Positions 13,032 to 25,180 of a stretch of DNA of 64,000 nucleotides are shown one piece after another; position 1 is the first letter of the stretch; every line of letters starts with the position of its first letter. The translations under genes and the position numbers were made by a program. The notes under the pieces were generated by a model that had not been told where the DNA came from, ran no database searches, and worked only from the letters and a program-made list of their open reading frames with translations. This DNA is from Felis catus (lineage: Eukaryota). The stretch is from contig NC_058368.1 in the NCBI RefSeq assembly GCF_018350175.1, positions 144,524,001 to 144,588,000 on the forward strand. The letters run 5' to 3'.

Positions 13032-14068
13032 AACATGGGCTTAGGGTCAAACATATGTTGATTTGATCCCACCTTGCCACTTACTAGCTGTGTGACCTCT
13101 GTGAAGATTAAAATCTTTTTGTGTACAATTGGGATGATAAAGCCTATCTCCTGGGGTTGCTGGGGCGATAAAATGAGAATATATATGGGACATCTGAGGC
13201 ACTCAATAAATAGTAATTATTAATTATTACAATTATCAGATCATTTGGGAAAGATTACATGAATGGAGAACATACCTTTTACCACCTCAAATAGTGCAAC
13301 AAGATCTAGAGGCAAAATTCCAGGTGCTACAGAATTGCATAGTCAGTAAAAATCTAAGAGGGAGTTTTGGCTTCCCACACACTTGGCCAAAGAAATGGAA
13401 ACAGGTGAGGCTGATGGTGTTAGGGCCCAAGAATCTACACTTATTTTTAGAATGAAATTTTGCTCCTGTTGATTTGTGAAAGAAATGTTAATGGTCTCAC
13501 GATCCTAAAGAGAGCTGAGCAGGGCTGGTAGTCACCGGTATAGTCATCATAGTCCATTCCAGCCAGTGCCTGTTCTGATGGTTGCTTCATTCATTCTACT
13601 TGGGGGCAGGCCTGTTCTGATTGTCTAGACACTTAGCTAATGAAATATTTTTGAGTATCGTCCCTGGGAACCAAGTGTGTACCATCAGTTCAAGACTTCA
13701 GTTTTTTTAAAGGAGAAGCATCTTTTTCTTTATGAAATGATAGATTTCCTTTGCACTTTTCTGACTTACATGGCAAAATTGCTAATGGCAGCTATCATTA
13801 AATGACCTCTTAGTGAAGGATATGTAAAATGGCAATGATCCAAATTCTGTAGAGTTAAATGAACCCTTAGCTTAGTAAGGGATATGTAAAATGATTCAAA
13901 TTGTATATTGTTAAATGATACCAAATGCAAGCCCAAAGTTAATATTTGCATAAAGCAGAGTTAGCCATCAAACTACATTTATGGTTTCTTTCTAAAATAT
14001 ACTGTATGCTGTTCTATATGAAACTGCCGTAGAACAGTATCTCATTGACTGTGTAATTTTCTCTTAAG

Positions 14069-14216
14069 TTATGCAGACATTTTGATTGAGAGAGAAGTGT
14101 TAATGCAGAAGTACATTCATCTAGTTCAGATCGTGGAGACGGAAAAAATTGCAGCTAACCAACTCCGGCATCAACTTGAAGATCAAGATACAGAAATTGA
14201 AAGACTTAAATCAGAG
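14069..14216 (+). CDS. RASGRF2: RASGRF2 exon 3 (148 nt), coiled-coil region: (S)[49 protein letters not shown]
   Basis: ttttctcttaag|T acceptor, GAG|gtactt donor; manual translation matches RasGRF2. Confidence 0.96.
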
Positions 14217-16544
14217 GTACTTCCCAGTTACTAGATTCCTCCTCATTGTTATGCATTTATTGCCATCTCCTCAAAATTACATAAGGCCTATCAGGGCAAA
14301 ATTTTCATCCCAAACTTGGTTCCTTCGCCATCAGCGAGTACATGTCAGACCACTAATCTGTGTTAGAATAAATCTAGTCTATGTTAGAATTAGTTAAATA
14401 CGCTACATTAAAATACCACAGTAATATGCTGCTTTTTAATTATTTTGTGCTCCTGATGTCCTTCATTTGATCAGATATTCAGAAGTTGATTATAAAATGT
14501 AACTGTTTTTAGATTGACTATAATAGTAATGATAATTGTGAATCTGTCATAGATTAAACTCCCAAACAATAACTAAGGAAGGACCAGAAATGAAGTCAGG
14601 AAGACTTTACTGCTTCTCTATTCTGAGGAGTTCAACTTTCTTCCCCCTAGAATTTTGAAAAACACATTGGAGTTGAAGTATAAGGCATTTCCTCAAGTTG
14701 GAATTCCTGTCTCCCTCCATCTCCACCCCCACCCTCTGAGGGTGAACTTCAGAGGCCCTGCACCCCCCAATTGTGAGATTGTCCCAAGTGAGAACAGAGC
14801 ATGGTCATTGTATCTCCAGCCTCAGTGGTGGTCCTGGATCCACCCATGCTCACAAGTGCCTCTGTCCACATATAGAAACCCGAGTGTACCCGAGTGTTAT
14901 TTACTACTCGTGGGAAGCGGTAGATAACTGAAGACCTGAAGAGGAATGTGGAAAACAAGATTTCCCCCCTCTTTCTGACTAGAGGTGCATTAGCATTTTC
15001 TTAGCTTCAAAGAGCAGATAGGACAGATGAAACCTACTACTAATTGTATCCCATTGACAGAACAATTCAGGATCCTCAGGCCTGAGTTACAAGAAATTTG
15101 TAAGTTCTAAGAGCCTCAGCCCTGAGTTACAAGGAAAGTAACTTTCTTGTTACTTTCACAGTCACTGGACAATGATTTCCTCTTTGTTTCCTTATACCTT
15201 CCTCCAAGACGCACTGAATCCTGTGAGAGGTTTTCACCTCCTTCTGCCTGTGTACATCACCTCCAGTTTCCAGAGCATGAGTATAAGCTTGATTCCACCT
15301 GGGATCTGATTGCTTCTCTGGTGATGAGTTGCAGACCATGTTCACCGTATCATTAGTGTTGTTAACTTCCCGATTCAACCCTGAAATCTCATATAGTGAA
15401 AACAACAACAGAAAACTTAGCAAACCTGCATTTTAAAAGACTATATCAGGCACTGTAATTTAAGACAAAATTATTGTGTTCTCTCTTTGCCACAGTAAGC
15501 CAGAGCAGATGCTTGTCTGCTAAGTGGCATTTACTCCACAAGAGAAACTCAGCACCAAGCAATGTTCCCCAATATTTATTTGGGCATGCTTATCTGTCTT
15601 CACTATGTTCTATTTTAGTCTGAATATAGATTTTGCAGCCCCAAACTGTCAGTAGCAGGTACATCTTGAGTGGTCGCTTCGCAGGAGCCATAATTTATTT
15701 TCTACTCCTTTTATTTTCCTACTTCTCTGCCAGAAAATGGCAGAAGTGTGTATTTGTTACTGGTGACAAAATGTAAAGACAGGTCAGAAGAAGCAATTAT
15801 GATTCTTAACTTTTCAAATGCTTGCTGGTAAGGTTGCATAGGTTCTTACCTTTCTAAGAGCCTGCAATTGAGCAGTAGGCTAGTGATTTTTGTTGCTAAG
15901 TGTATTTGGGCAGCCATTTGGTTTTGAATTGCCCCACAGGTCACATAACTGAGTTGGAGCTATAAGGAGGTCCTGGATCATTTCACTCCTTTTTACCTTT
16001 TCACCTTTCTTGGTTGTCTTGGGTCAACCCCAGGGCTCTGAAGTTCCGTTTGCAGTTACCATTTTCCCAAGGAATCCTGTGAGCCTGCTGTACTCTGTGT
16101 ACCTGTGTGGAAGGCTGCAGGCTGATTATGGGAAGCAAGAGCTCTGGGCTGAATGTCATTGCATTTGGGGACCCCAGGGCATTACAGGCAGCTGCCATTG
16201 GGCAAGATTGGCAAGCAGTATGTCACTCAGCTCCCCCGAAGGCCTTGGCCTAGTCATCACTGGCAGTCAGGGCCAAATTTGGGGCTAACGTTTCTCCTAA
16301 CACAGATCCCAGTTCACACTTTCCACAGTTGCTTCTTATAAGCACCTTTGTTGGCAACATAACTGAACAGACTTGGTGTGAAGTTCATTCTTTCCTTGAC
16401 TCAGAACCAGTGGAAGGAAGGATGCATAAAAAGTAAAAGTTTCCTGAGGACCTCCTAAGCTACCTTGTAGGCATTACCTCCTGTGAGTTATGGCTATAAG
16501 CTGGTATTTCCCAAATCATGAAATGGGCCAATTTTGTGTTATAG

Positions 16545-16634
16545 ATTATCGCTCTTAATAAAACCAAGGAACGAATGAGGCCTTACCAAAGTAATCAAGA
16601 GGATGAGGATCCAGATATCAAGAAGATTAAAAAG
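16545..16634 (+). CDS. RASGRF2: RASGRF2 exon 4 (90 nt): [30 protein letters not shown]
   Basis: gttatag|ATT acceptor, AAG|gtagga donor; phase 0-0. Confidence 0.96.
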
Positions 16635-16965
16635 GTAGGATGTTGGGCATTTCTGGCTTTGGAAAAGCATGGTGATCAGTTGTCTGTCCTGTAGTGATGT
16701 CTTTGTTCCCCTGTCCCTGAGCTGAGAATCACCTTGGTATATCTGTTCTAATGGCTCTCAGACTTGCCTTTCAGAGTGATACAGGTATGGCTACTTTGGA
16801 AAAGTTTCAGCTTGAGATTTTTTTTCCAGTTCTGGGAATCCCCTTATGGACCATCTGTGGAAAGGATGTCAAAACCAGACATTAAGACAATAGTGTTCTT
16901 AAGTTGGGTTAGTAAGTGCTGTAGAACCTCCTGATTTTGTGCTATTTTCATATTTTAGGGGAATA

Positions 16966-17404
16966 TTTTTTTCATGTTTATTTAGTTTTTTGGGAGAGAG
17001 AGTACATGTGTGCAGATGCATGTGAGACAGGGAGGGGCAGAGGGAGAGGAAGAGAGAGAATCCCAAGCAGATGCCACGCTTAGCATGGAGTGTAACATGG
17101 AGCTTGATCTCAGGAGCTTGATCATGACCTGAGCTGAAATCAAGAGTGGGAGGCTTGGGGCGCCTGGGTGGCTCAGTTGGTTGAGTGTCCCTTCTTGATT
17201 TCAGATTGGGTTGTGATCTCCTGGTTTGTCAGATCGAGTCCAGCATCAGGCTCTGTGCTTGTAGCACAGAGCCTGCTTGGGATTTTCTTTCTCCCTCTCT
17301 TTTTGCCCCTCCCCCTGCTTTTGTTATCTCTCTCTCAAGACAAACAAACAAACAAACATTAAAAAAAAAGAGTCAGATGTTTGACTGAACCACCCAGATG
17401 CCCC
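16966..17404 (-). mobile_element. Minus-strand CAN-SINE split by a plus-strand CAN-SINE (about 17157-17369)
   Basis: outer element resumes at agagtcagatgtttgactgaaccacccagatgcccc after the inner poly-A. Confidence 0.85.
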
Positions 17405-17686
17405 TAGGGGAGTAGTTTTTTTTAGTTTATTTTTTTAAATATGAAATTTATTGTCAAATTGGTTTCTGTTGTCTGTATGGGGAGTATTTTTAAGTGACAT
17501 TTTAAAAATATTTCTTTTAGCTTTAGATTTCAGTGCTTATTTAGAAAGGATTTTTTGGAACATGTGAGACTATTAATTAAATACATCTCAGATTTCTGTT
17601 TTATTATCATTATTACTTTCTTGTTTAACATCCACACCATCAACAGATCTTCTTACTAAACTGTCACTTATTCCTGTGTACAACTT

Positions 17687-17895
17687 AAAAAAAATTGTTT
17701 TAATGTTCATTTATTTTTGAGAGACAGAGAGATAGAGCATGAGCAGGGGAGGGGCAGAGAGAGAGGAAGACACAGAATCCAAAGCAGGCTCCAGGTTCTG
17801 AGCTGTCAGCACAGAGCCTGATGCGGGGCATGACCGCGAGATCATGACCTGAGCCGAAGTTGGCCGCTTAACCGACTGAGCCACCCAGGTGCCCC
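17687..17895 (-). mobile_element. SINEC_Fc
   Basis: flanking direct repeat tgtgtacaactt. Confidence 0.92.
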
Positions 17896-18698
17896 TGTGT
17901 ACAACTTTTGCAGTTAGACAGACACTGGTACTCACTCTGGTCTACTGTATTTGATTTATGTCATTTTAGGTTTTGAGTTCTATTATGTTAATTCGCTTGT
18001 GTAAATCATCTACTTAGCTTTGTGACCATTATGTGAAAAGCTTCACAGTTATAGAACTTTTTTTATGGATATATACCTTCAAATCTTTATTTCATCTTAA
18101 TGTTTTTCTCATTCTTGTTTTTTATATGCTACATAATTATTCCCCTTTAATTGTAACAAAACTTGAAACATCGCTCAGAGTTTGATACAGAAATGCTTCT
18201 AAGAACTAAATTGAAGTGTTTTCAGTTTTTAAGGAATAAAAAGTGAAATACCACCATTAATTTCTTAGAATTCAAAACATTCTGAATTGAATTGAGTTTA
18301 TGTTATTGTTACAAGATTAATGCTCTTGCCTTTTAGTAGTATGAAGTTGTCTATAAACAAAGAGATGAGTGAAGTACAGTTTTCAGGATTTTTTTTTTTT
18401 TTGGTAGAAACTGGTCTGTTAGTATGAAAAGTACACCAGCTCAGCAGGCAACACCTGACTAAGTAAACAGAAAGATTGTGTTTAACACAAAATTTGATTA
18501 AGGTGATTTTTGAAAATATTTCTGTTAAATGGAAGAATAGTGATAAAATAAATGCTTTTTACACTTTATACCTTCCTGTTTCTCAGTAGAAGCAATTAAA
18601 AAATATATTTTTGCACTTGTTAAGTAGGCTTTGAAATTAATTCTATTGTGCTTTATAGCCCAGTCATTCTAATGTCTGTGTGGCAAAAAGTGTTTTAA

Positions 18699-18898
18699 CG
18701 TTTATTTATTTTTGGGACAGAGAGAGACAGAGCACGAACGGGGGAGGGGCAGAGAGAGAGGGAGACACAGAATTGGAAACAGGCTCCAGGCTCTGAGTCA
18801 TCAGCCCAGAGCCTGACGCGGGGCTCGAACTCACGGACCGCGAGATCGTGACCTGGCTGAAGTCGGACGCTTAACCGACTGAGCCACCCAGGTGGCCC
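18699..18898 (-). mobile_element. Young SINEC_Fc with 17-bp TSD
   Basis: TSD ggcaaaaagtgttttaa at 18682-18698 and 18899-18915. Confidence 0.95.
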
Positions 18899-19924
18899 GG
18901 CAAAAAGTGTTTTAAATGAATTAGTTTCTCTATTCTGATTTGGCAAATATCAACATAATTTTTTATCTTCAAGGAACCAAAAATTGAAATTTATTATATG
19001 ACAAAGAAGTTTTCCATTAGATTTCTCCAGATAATGTGCATATAAATTCCCCCACATAATTCTATTAAAATGTGGCTAATTTTTATTGTTTGAATCATCA
19101 CAGCTGTGTGAATGCCTGCATTAACACTGATAGTATGATGACAACATTGGTAGGTAAATGAAAGAATTTTAAACATTGCAATAGAAGAGCAGTTGTTTAA
19201 ATACATGACAATTTAGTCCATATGGGTGAAATAGTAGGGAAACAATAAGGAGTGTAAGAATATGTTGACTAGATAACAATAATACTAAAAAGAGATTTGG
19301 TAGTCATTTAATGCTGTCAATCATATATGGATTTGCAACCTGCTTTGTGGCTGAATCTGCCACTTAACTGTGACACACCCTAATAAATAATCATATAACT
19401 GTTTTATATTTAGCAAGCACTTCAGATTTTTTTTGGTCCATTATTTTGTAGGTGAGAAAATAGAGGACTGGAGTTCAAAGTTACCCAGCAGGTTAGTGCT
19501 CAGCCTTGGGGTTAAGGATTATGACATGCACCTTTCTGGCTAGCCCCCAGCATTTACCTGGACACTTGAAAGATGTTTAGTAAATATTTGTTGGCTAAAA
19601 CGTACAGGTTTGTCTGTTATTTTTCAAATCATACCTAGGGAATTCAGATCAATTTTAGAGGCTATCATGTTGTCTACAGAATCAATTTTTAATTATATTT
19701 CATGTTTCTTTTCACAAAATAATCTCCATTGCAAATCATTCACATGTGTTTTCACCGTGTGGCTGAGAGAGAATCCTTAGAGTTAACAAAAAGCAGGTTA
19801 AAGAATGCCATCTCTGATTGCATCTTTCCTGTGTGACTTACCATGAAATTTCGTTTACTCATCTATGAACAGAAGGGGTCAGATGAGCTGATGTCTAACA
19901 CTTACTTTTTTTTAAGCTTCGTAA

Positions 19925-20810
19925 AAAAACCCTCAATAACAACAAATCAAATAACCTGATTTAAAAATGGGCAACGGACATTTCTCCAAAGATGAAATAA
20001 TATACATGTGATCTTTGGAGAAGTCATATACATATGAAAAGCTGCTCAGTATCACTAAACATCAGAGAAATAGAAATCAAAACCACAGTGTAACGTCACC
20101 ACACACCCATTAGGATGACTACCATAAAAACAACAAACTAAGTGTCGATAAGGATGTTGAGAAATTGGAACCTTTGTGCACTGTTGGTAGGATTGTGAAG
20201 TGGTTCAACTGCTGTGGAAAGCAGTACGGTCATTCCTCAAAAAATTAAAAATAGAGCTACCACATGATCCAGCATTTCCACTTCTGGGTATAGATCCAAA
20301 AGAATTGAAAACAGGATCTGGAAGAGACATTTGCACTCCCATGATCACTGCAGCATTATTCACAATTGCTGAGAGTTGGAAGCAACTCTAATATCTATCA
20401 GCAGATGAATGGATAAACAAAATATACATACAATGGAATATTATTCAGCCATAAGCAGGGAGGAAATCCTAGCGCATGGTACAACATGGATGAACCTTGA
20501 GGACAGTATACTAAGTGAAATTAACCAGTCACAAAAAGGTAGATACTGTGTGATTCTACTTACATGAGCTATCTAAAGTGGTTAAATTCACAGCAACAGA
20601 AAGTAAAATAGTGGGTAGCAGGGGCTGAGGGAAGGGAGAAGTGGGGAGTTGTTCAGTAGGTATAGAGTATCAGTTTTGCAAGATGAAGTTCTGGAAATCT
20701 GTTATGCAGCAATGTGAAATATTTAACACTACTGAACTAACTATACACTTAAAAATGGTTAAGATGGTAAATTTTATGTTATGTGCTTTTTTAACACAAT
20801 TAAAAATTTT
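19925..20810 (+). mobile_element. L1 3' portion (degenerate ORF2 C-terminus plus 3' UTR)
   Basis: ORF 20200..20391 (LWK...[22 protein letters not shown]...CTPM..AALFTIA) is the L1 ORF2p C-terminal signature. Confidence 0.92.
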
Positions 20811-21155
20811 TAGTATCTGATTTTATATTGTTAAAGAGTAAACCTTCAATGTATTTCTTTATTAACATGTTAATAACGAATTATGTAATATTATCACATT
20901 CTGGTGTCCATATTGGCAGTCTTAAAGAGCTTAAGATATGGAAGAAACTTGTGACACTGAGAAAAATGTTATTTTTAAATCCTATTTTTTCTGCTATCTG
21001 GAAAAGCCTGCCACAGTTTATTCTAGTGATGGGACCATTAGCGCTGTAACAAAAAAGCAGTGTTTTATATGGCGTGGAATGAAAACCCTTACTGACAGGC
21101 TTATTCAAAGACAGCCTCACACCTCCCTGAGATTCTTTCTGTTGTTGTTCTGTAG

Positions 21156-21409
21156 GTTCAGAGCTTCATGAGAGGATGGTTGTGTAGAAGGAAATGGAAG
21201 ACCATTGTGCAGGATTACATTTGTTCTCCTCATGCCGAAAGCATGAGGAAGAGAAACCAGATTGTGTTCACCATGGTTGAAGCTGAGTCGGAGTATGTTC
21301 ACCAGCTCTACATCCTGGTCAATGGCTTCCTCCGGCCCCTGCGAATGGCGGCCAGCTCCAAGAAGCCTCCCATCAGCCATGATGATGTCAGCAGCATTTT
21401 TCTCAACAG
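21156..21409 (+). CDS. RASGRF2: RASGRF2 exon 5 (254 nt): IQ motif ([14 protein letters not shown]) and start of DH domain
   Basis: ctgtag|GTT acceptor, AACAG|gtttgt donor; overlaps ORF 21168..21425. Confidence 0.97.
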
Positions 21410-22234
21410 GTTTGTCTTGGCATAAATCAAAGAGTCATGTGAAAAACCCATTTCTATTTCTTAAAAGAATTTTTACTTTACTCTTAAAAGAATAGGAATC
21501 ATAAGTTCACCTTTATGAGCTTATGATATTAAAAATAAGAAAGCTATCATTTGTGTTTCATTATTTGTGTGAGTTTACATGTCTTTATCTTGAATCATGG
21601 CATTTAGTTTTCTGGGTCTTTTCTTTGTGTGACATATGTTTTCTTGTCATTGTGTAGGCGTGTGTGTGTTGGGAAAGATAATCTTCATAAGCTGAGGGAG
21701 ATGGAGTGAGTAATGGGTCTTTACATGTAATTTATACAGACATACTTTAGGAAGAAGAAAAACTAACAGGGAGCCTGAGAATCTCTAGCAAATTTATTTG
21801 CTCAATAAATATTTATAGTGTCCTTCCTGCTGAGTGTTCATCAGTGAACAAAGCAGAAACCCTTGCCTTCATGTAACTTAAATTTTGATGTGGGAAGACA
21901 ATGAATAGTAAATAAGTGAAATATGTAGTATATTATATGGTGATGAGCACTATGGAAAAAATAAACAAGGGAAGAGGAGAAGGGGAGAAAGGGAGTGCCT
22001 GGGTGCTTTACTTAAAAATTATTTATTTTTTTTTTAATTCATCTATTTACTTATTTATTTATTTTGAATACATTTATTTGTTTTTGAAGAAATTTACATG
22101 GTTCAAAAGTAAAAACAACATGAAAACATCAAAAACTGTCAAATAATATCAAATATTACAAAGTCATAGAAAGGGATGACTTTGTGTCATTGGAGGGAGT
22201 GTGGATGGCCCTGGAACCTGTCGCACTTCTTGAA

Positions 22235-22615
22235 ACATGTTAGACTAAGAAAAACAAATACACATATGATTCCAGTCATTAGTGGGATCTAAAAATAAAT
22301 AAATAAACAAAAAGCAGAATCGGACCCATAAATACAGAGAATAAACTGGTGGTTGCCACATGAGGATTGAGGAGTTGGGCAAGATGGGTGAAGGGGAGAG
22401 AGGGAGATACAGGCCTCCAGTTATGGGATGAAGAAGTCATGGGAATAAAAGGCAGAGCATAAGGAATACAGTCACTTGTATTGTAATAATGATGTAATGG
22501 GACTTACTGTAGTTATACTTGTGGTGAGCATAGTATAAGGTATAAACTTGCCAGATCACTAAGTTGTACACCTGAAGGTAATGTAATACTATGTATCAAC
22601 TCTAGTCAAACAAAA
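22235..22615 (+). mobile_element. L1 3' UTR fragment (carnivore type)
   Basis: aaacaaaaagcagaatcggacccataaatacagagaataaactggtggttgcc...gttgtacacctgaa motifs. Confidence 0.8.
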
Positions 22616-22700
22616 TTTTTTTTTTAAAGAAAAAGAACAAAAAGTTACTGCAATATATTTTAATTTGGCTTTTTAAAGATTTAGGCTTTTTATGCATTTA

Positions 22701-22867
22701 TTTTTTTTACTTTGTTTTATTTTATTTTATTATTGAAGTTTAGTTGACATACAGTGCTATATTAGTTTCAGATGTGCAGTGTAATGACTCAATAATTCTG
22801 TACATCACTCAGTGCTCAACACAAGAAGTGTGCTCTTAATCTCCTTTATTTCGTCCACCTCCCAGCC
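22701..22867 (-). mobile_element. Short 5'-truncated L1 3' end with 8-bp TSD
   Basis: poly-T then tttagttgacatacagtgctatattagtttcag; TSD tgcattta at 22693-22700 and 22868-22875. Confidence 0.8.
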
Positions 22868-22914
22868 TGCATTTAAGGACATTTTAAGGACAAAGGACGT
22901 TTAAGGACAAAATT

Positions 22915-22950
22915 ACTGTGTAATTTTCTCTTAAGTTATGCAGACATTTT
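22915..22950 (+). repeat. Exact 36-bp copy of 14048-14083 (exon 3 acceptor junction)
   Basis: actgtgtaattttctcttaagttatgcagacatttt occurs at both positions. Confidence 0.95.
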
Positions 22951-23379
22951 CAGTGCTTATACAATTCTTTGGAAGAGCTGGAAGAGCAAAGCCAGGGAGC
23001 TGCTCCCCTGGAGCTTTGAGTTCAAGAGCACAGCACTGTAGATGTGATTCAGAAGTTAGGAAACTACAGCCACTGCCATTGCCACCATATCTGCCTCTCA
23101 GGTCTAGGAAGCTGTTGCCTAGAAACTAGAACACCAAAGCTGGGTGCTGAAATTGCCCCTGAAACACTCCCATCTTCATGACTGATTTTCAGCAATAGGA
23201 AGATGGCCTCTCCTACTTTCCATGTCTACCAATAGGTGCACCTGGTGGAACTGAATTTACATTCAGAGCCTCATTTGCAAGGCAGTCTGGGAAGTTTAGC
23301 TGTAGCTCTCCATCATGTCCACCTAAAAGGAGAATAGAAAGGAGGTTGAAAGACTAACATACAGTATCTACCAAACTAA

Positions 23380-23607
23380 GGGCGCCTGGTGGCTCAGTCG
23401 GTTGAGCGTCAGACTTTGGCTCAGGTCACGATCTCACAGTTTGTGGGCTGGAGTCTCTTGTCAGGCTCTGTGCTGACAGCTCAGAGCTGGATCCCGCTTC
23501 AGATTCTGTGTCTCCCTCTCTGTCTGCCCTTACTCCACTAGTGTTCCATCTCTTTCGGTCTCTCAAAAATAAATAAAAATGTTAAAAAATAAAAAAATAC
23601 AAAAAAA
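23380..23607 (+). mobile_element. CAN-SINE
   Basis: gggcgcctggtggctcagtcgg head, CT-rich tract, poly-A; flanking tatct(a/g)ccaaacta. Confidence 0.9.
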
Positions 23608-24504
23608 CCCCCCAATATCTGCCAAACTAGATTTGGTTGAAATCCTTGAACAACAAACACTGCTTAGTTAAAATTGCTATAAATGAAAAACAAATTATCA
23701 TCTTCAAGCCATGTGTATTTTGTTTCATGGACCATTTGGAAAAAGTTAAGGATTTCCCATTGATGTTTATTGTAATTGAATTTGACTTACAACAAACCAG
23801 AATATCTCACTTACATGAATAATTATGTATTTGATTGTGTAGGATGTGCTAGTTAAGAAAAGGCTTTAGAGGCTCAATCCAATGAATTAATTGTAATGAG
23901 GAGAAAGCAAAAGTTACTTTGGTAACTGCTCTTCTTGAACCTTGTAGAGATTTGGATCTCTATGCATAGTTCTCCTTATAGCATCTCTGTGTAGGTTTAG
24001 TCCTTTTCAGAGGATTCTTTTACATTTCCATCTTGGGCGTCTTAGGAGTGGTTATGGTAGAGTTCTGCCAAATCTTTGCTGTGGATTCTTTTCCCTTCTT
24101 TCCTGTCAAAACTCATTTTAGTGAAAGAGGGAGTCTTTTCCCTTAGTTATCATCTAGAATCAAACTGAAGAGAAAAAAGGATCATAACTAATTTTTTGAT
24201 TATCAGTTGAAGTGTTAAATCCTAACAGTAGAAAGATGTTGCTATCAAACATAATGAAGAGGGTTATATGCCAATGATTTGGTGTTTACTGTCTTCCAGT
24301 AGTTGAAGCCTAGCTCAGAATTTTCAAGATCGTTTGAAAGACAAATTGGTTTATGAGGGCTAGTATAATCCATGTTATTATTGTGTATACAATTTGGAGG
24401 CCCTGGGAGGCATGCAAATCATGTATTTATTAAGGCTTTAAGGACTCAGTGGACTTCTTTGGCAAAGAAGTGACTAGATTATATTATTTTTCAATTTTTT
24501 ATAG

Positions 24505-24584
24505 TGAAACAATTATGTTTCTTCATGAAATATTTCATCAAGGACTGAAGGCAAGGATAGCAAACTGGCCTACCTTAATTTTAG
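24505..24584 (+). CDS. RASGRF2: RASGRF2 exon 6 (80 nt), DH domain: [26 protein letters not shown]
   Basis: ttttatag|T acceptor, TTAG|gtaagt donor. Confidence 0.96.
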
Positions 24585-24986
24585 GTAAGTGCATGCTTTA
24601 GAGATAAAAGATTTTCTCTTAATATGTCTACAATTAAAGCAAAATAACTTCAACATTAGTCAGCCTAACCTGTCTGAATTTCCCTCTTGACCTGAGAGCT
24701 TCCTTAGGCACTGGGAATCTGTTTTATTGCCCTCTCAGCCCTTTCTCCTGGCCTGTCATTGTTCATTTGGGGCTAGAGTTGGGCTCTGTGCACCCCCTCC
24801 CCCTGCCCCCGTGCATTCTACCAAATTAGTCATTCAAGCATCTGGAAGGGGGCCCTGTGCACGTGTGACACATGATGCTGGGAGCCACTCTGTGCCATTT
24901 CCACTGAGTGAACACAGTCTCTCCTTGTACCTTAGATAACTTACCAAGGACCAAGAAAAACTGCCATGTTTACTTCTTTTTTCCAG

Positions 24987-25180
24987 CTGATCTGTTTGAT
25001 ATTTTGCTCCCCATGTTGAACATTTATCAAGAATTTGTGCGTAATCACCAGTACAGCCTCCAAGTGCTTGCCAATTGTAAGCAAAACCGAGATTTCGACA
25101 AACTCTTAAAACAGTACGAAGCCAACCCTGCGTGTGAGGGGAGGATGCTGGAAACATTCTTGACCTATCCAATGTTCCAG
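24987..25180 (+). CDS. RASGRF2: RASGRF2 exon 7 (194 nt), DH domain: [16 protein letters not shown]...[11 protein letters not shown]
   Basis: ttttttccag|CT acceptor, CAG|gtaagt donor; overlaps ORF 24908..25207. Confidence 0.97.

Noticed and set aside
15074..15133. 20-bp direct repeat cctcag(g/c)cctgagttacaag with 20-nt spacer, superficially CRISPR-like
   Set aside because: Only two units in a mammalian intron; a simple local duplication.
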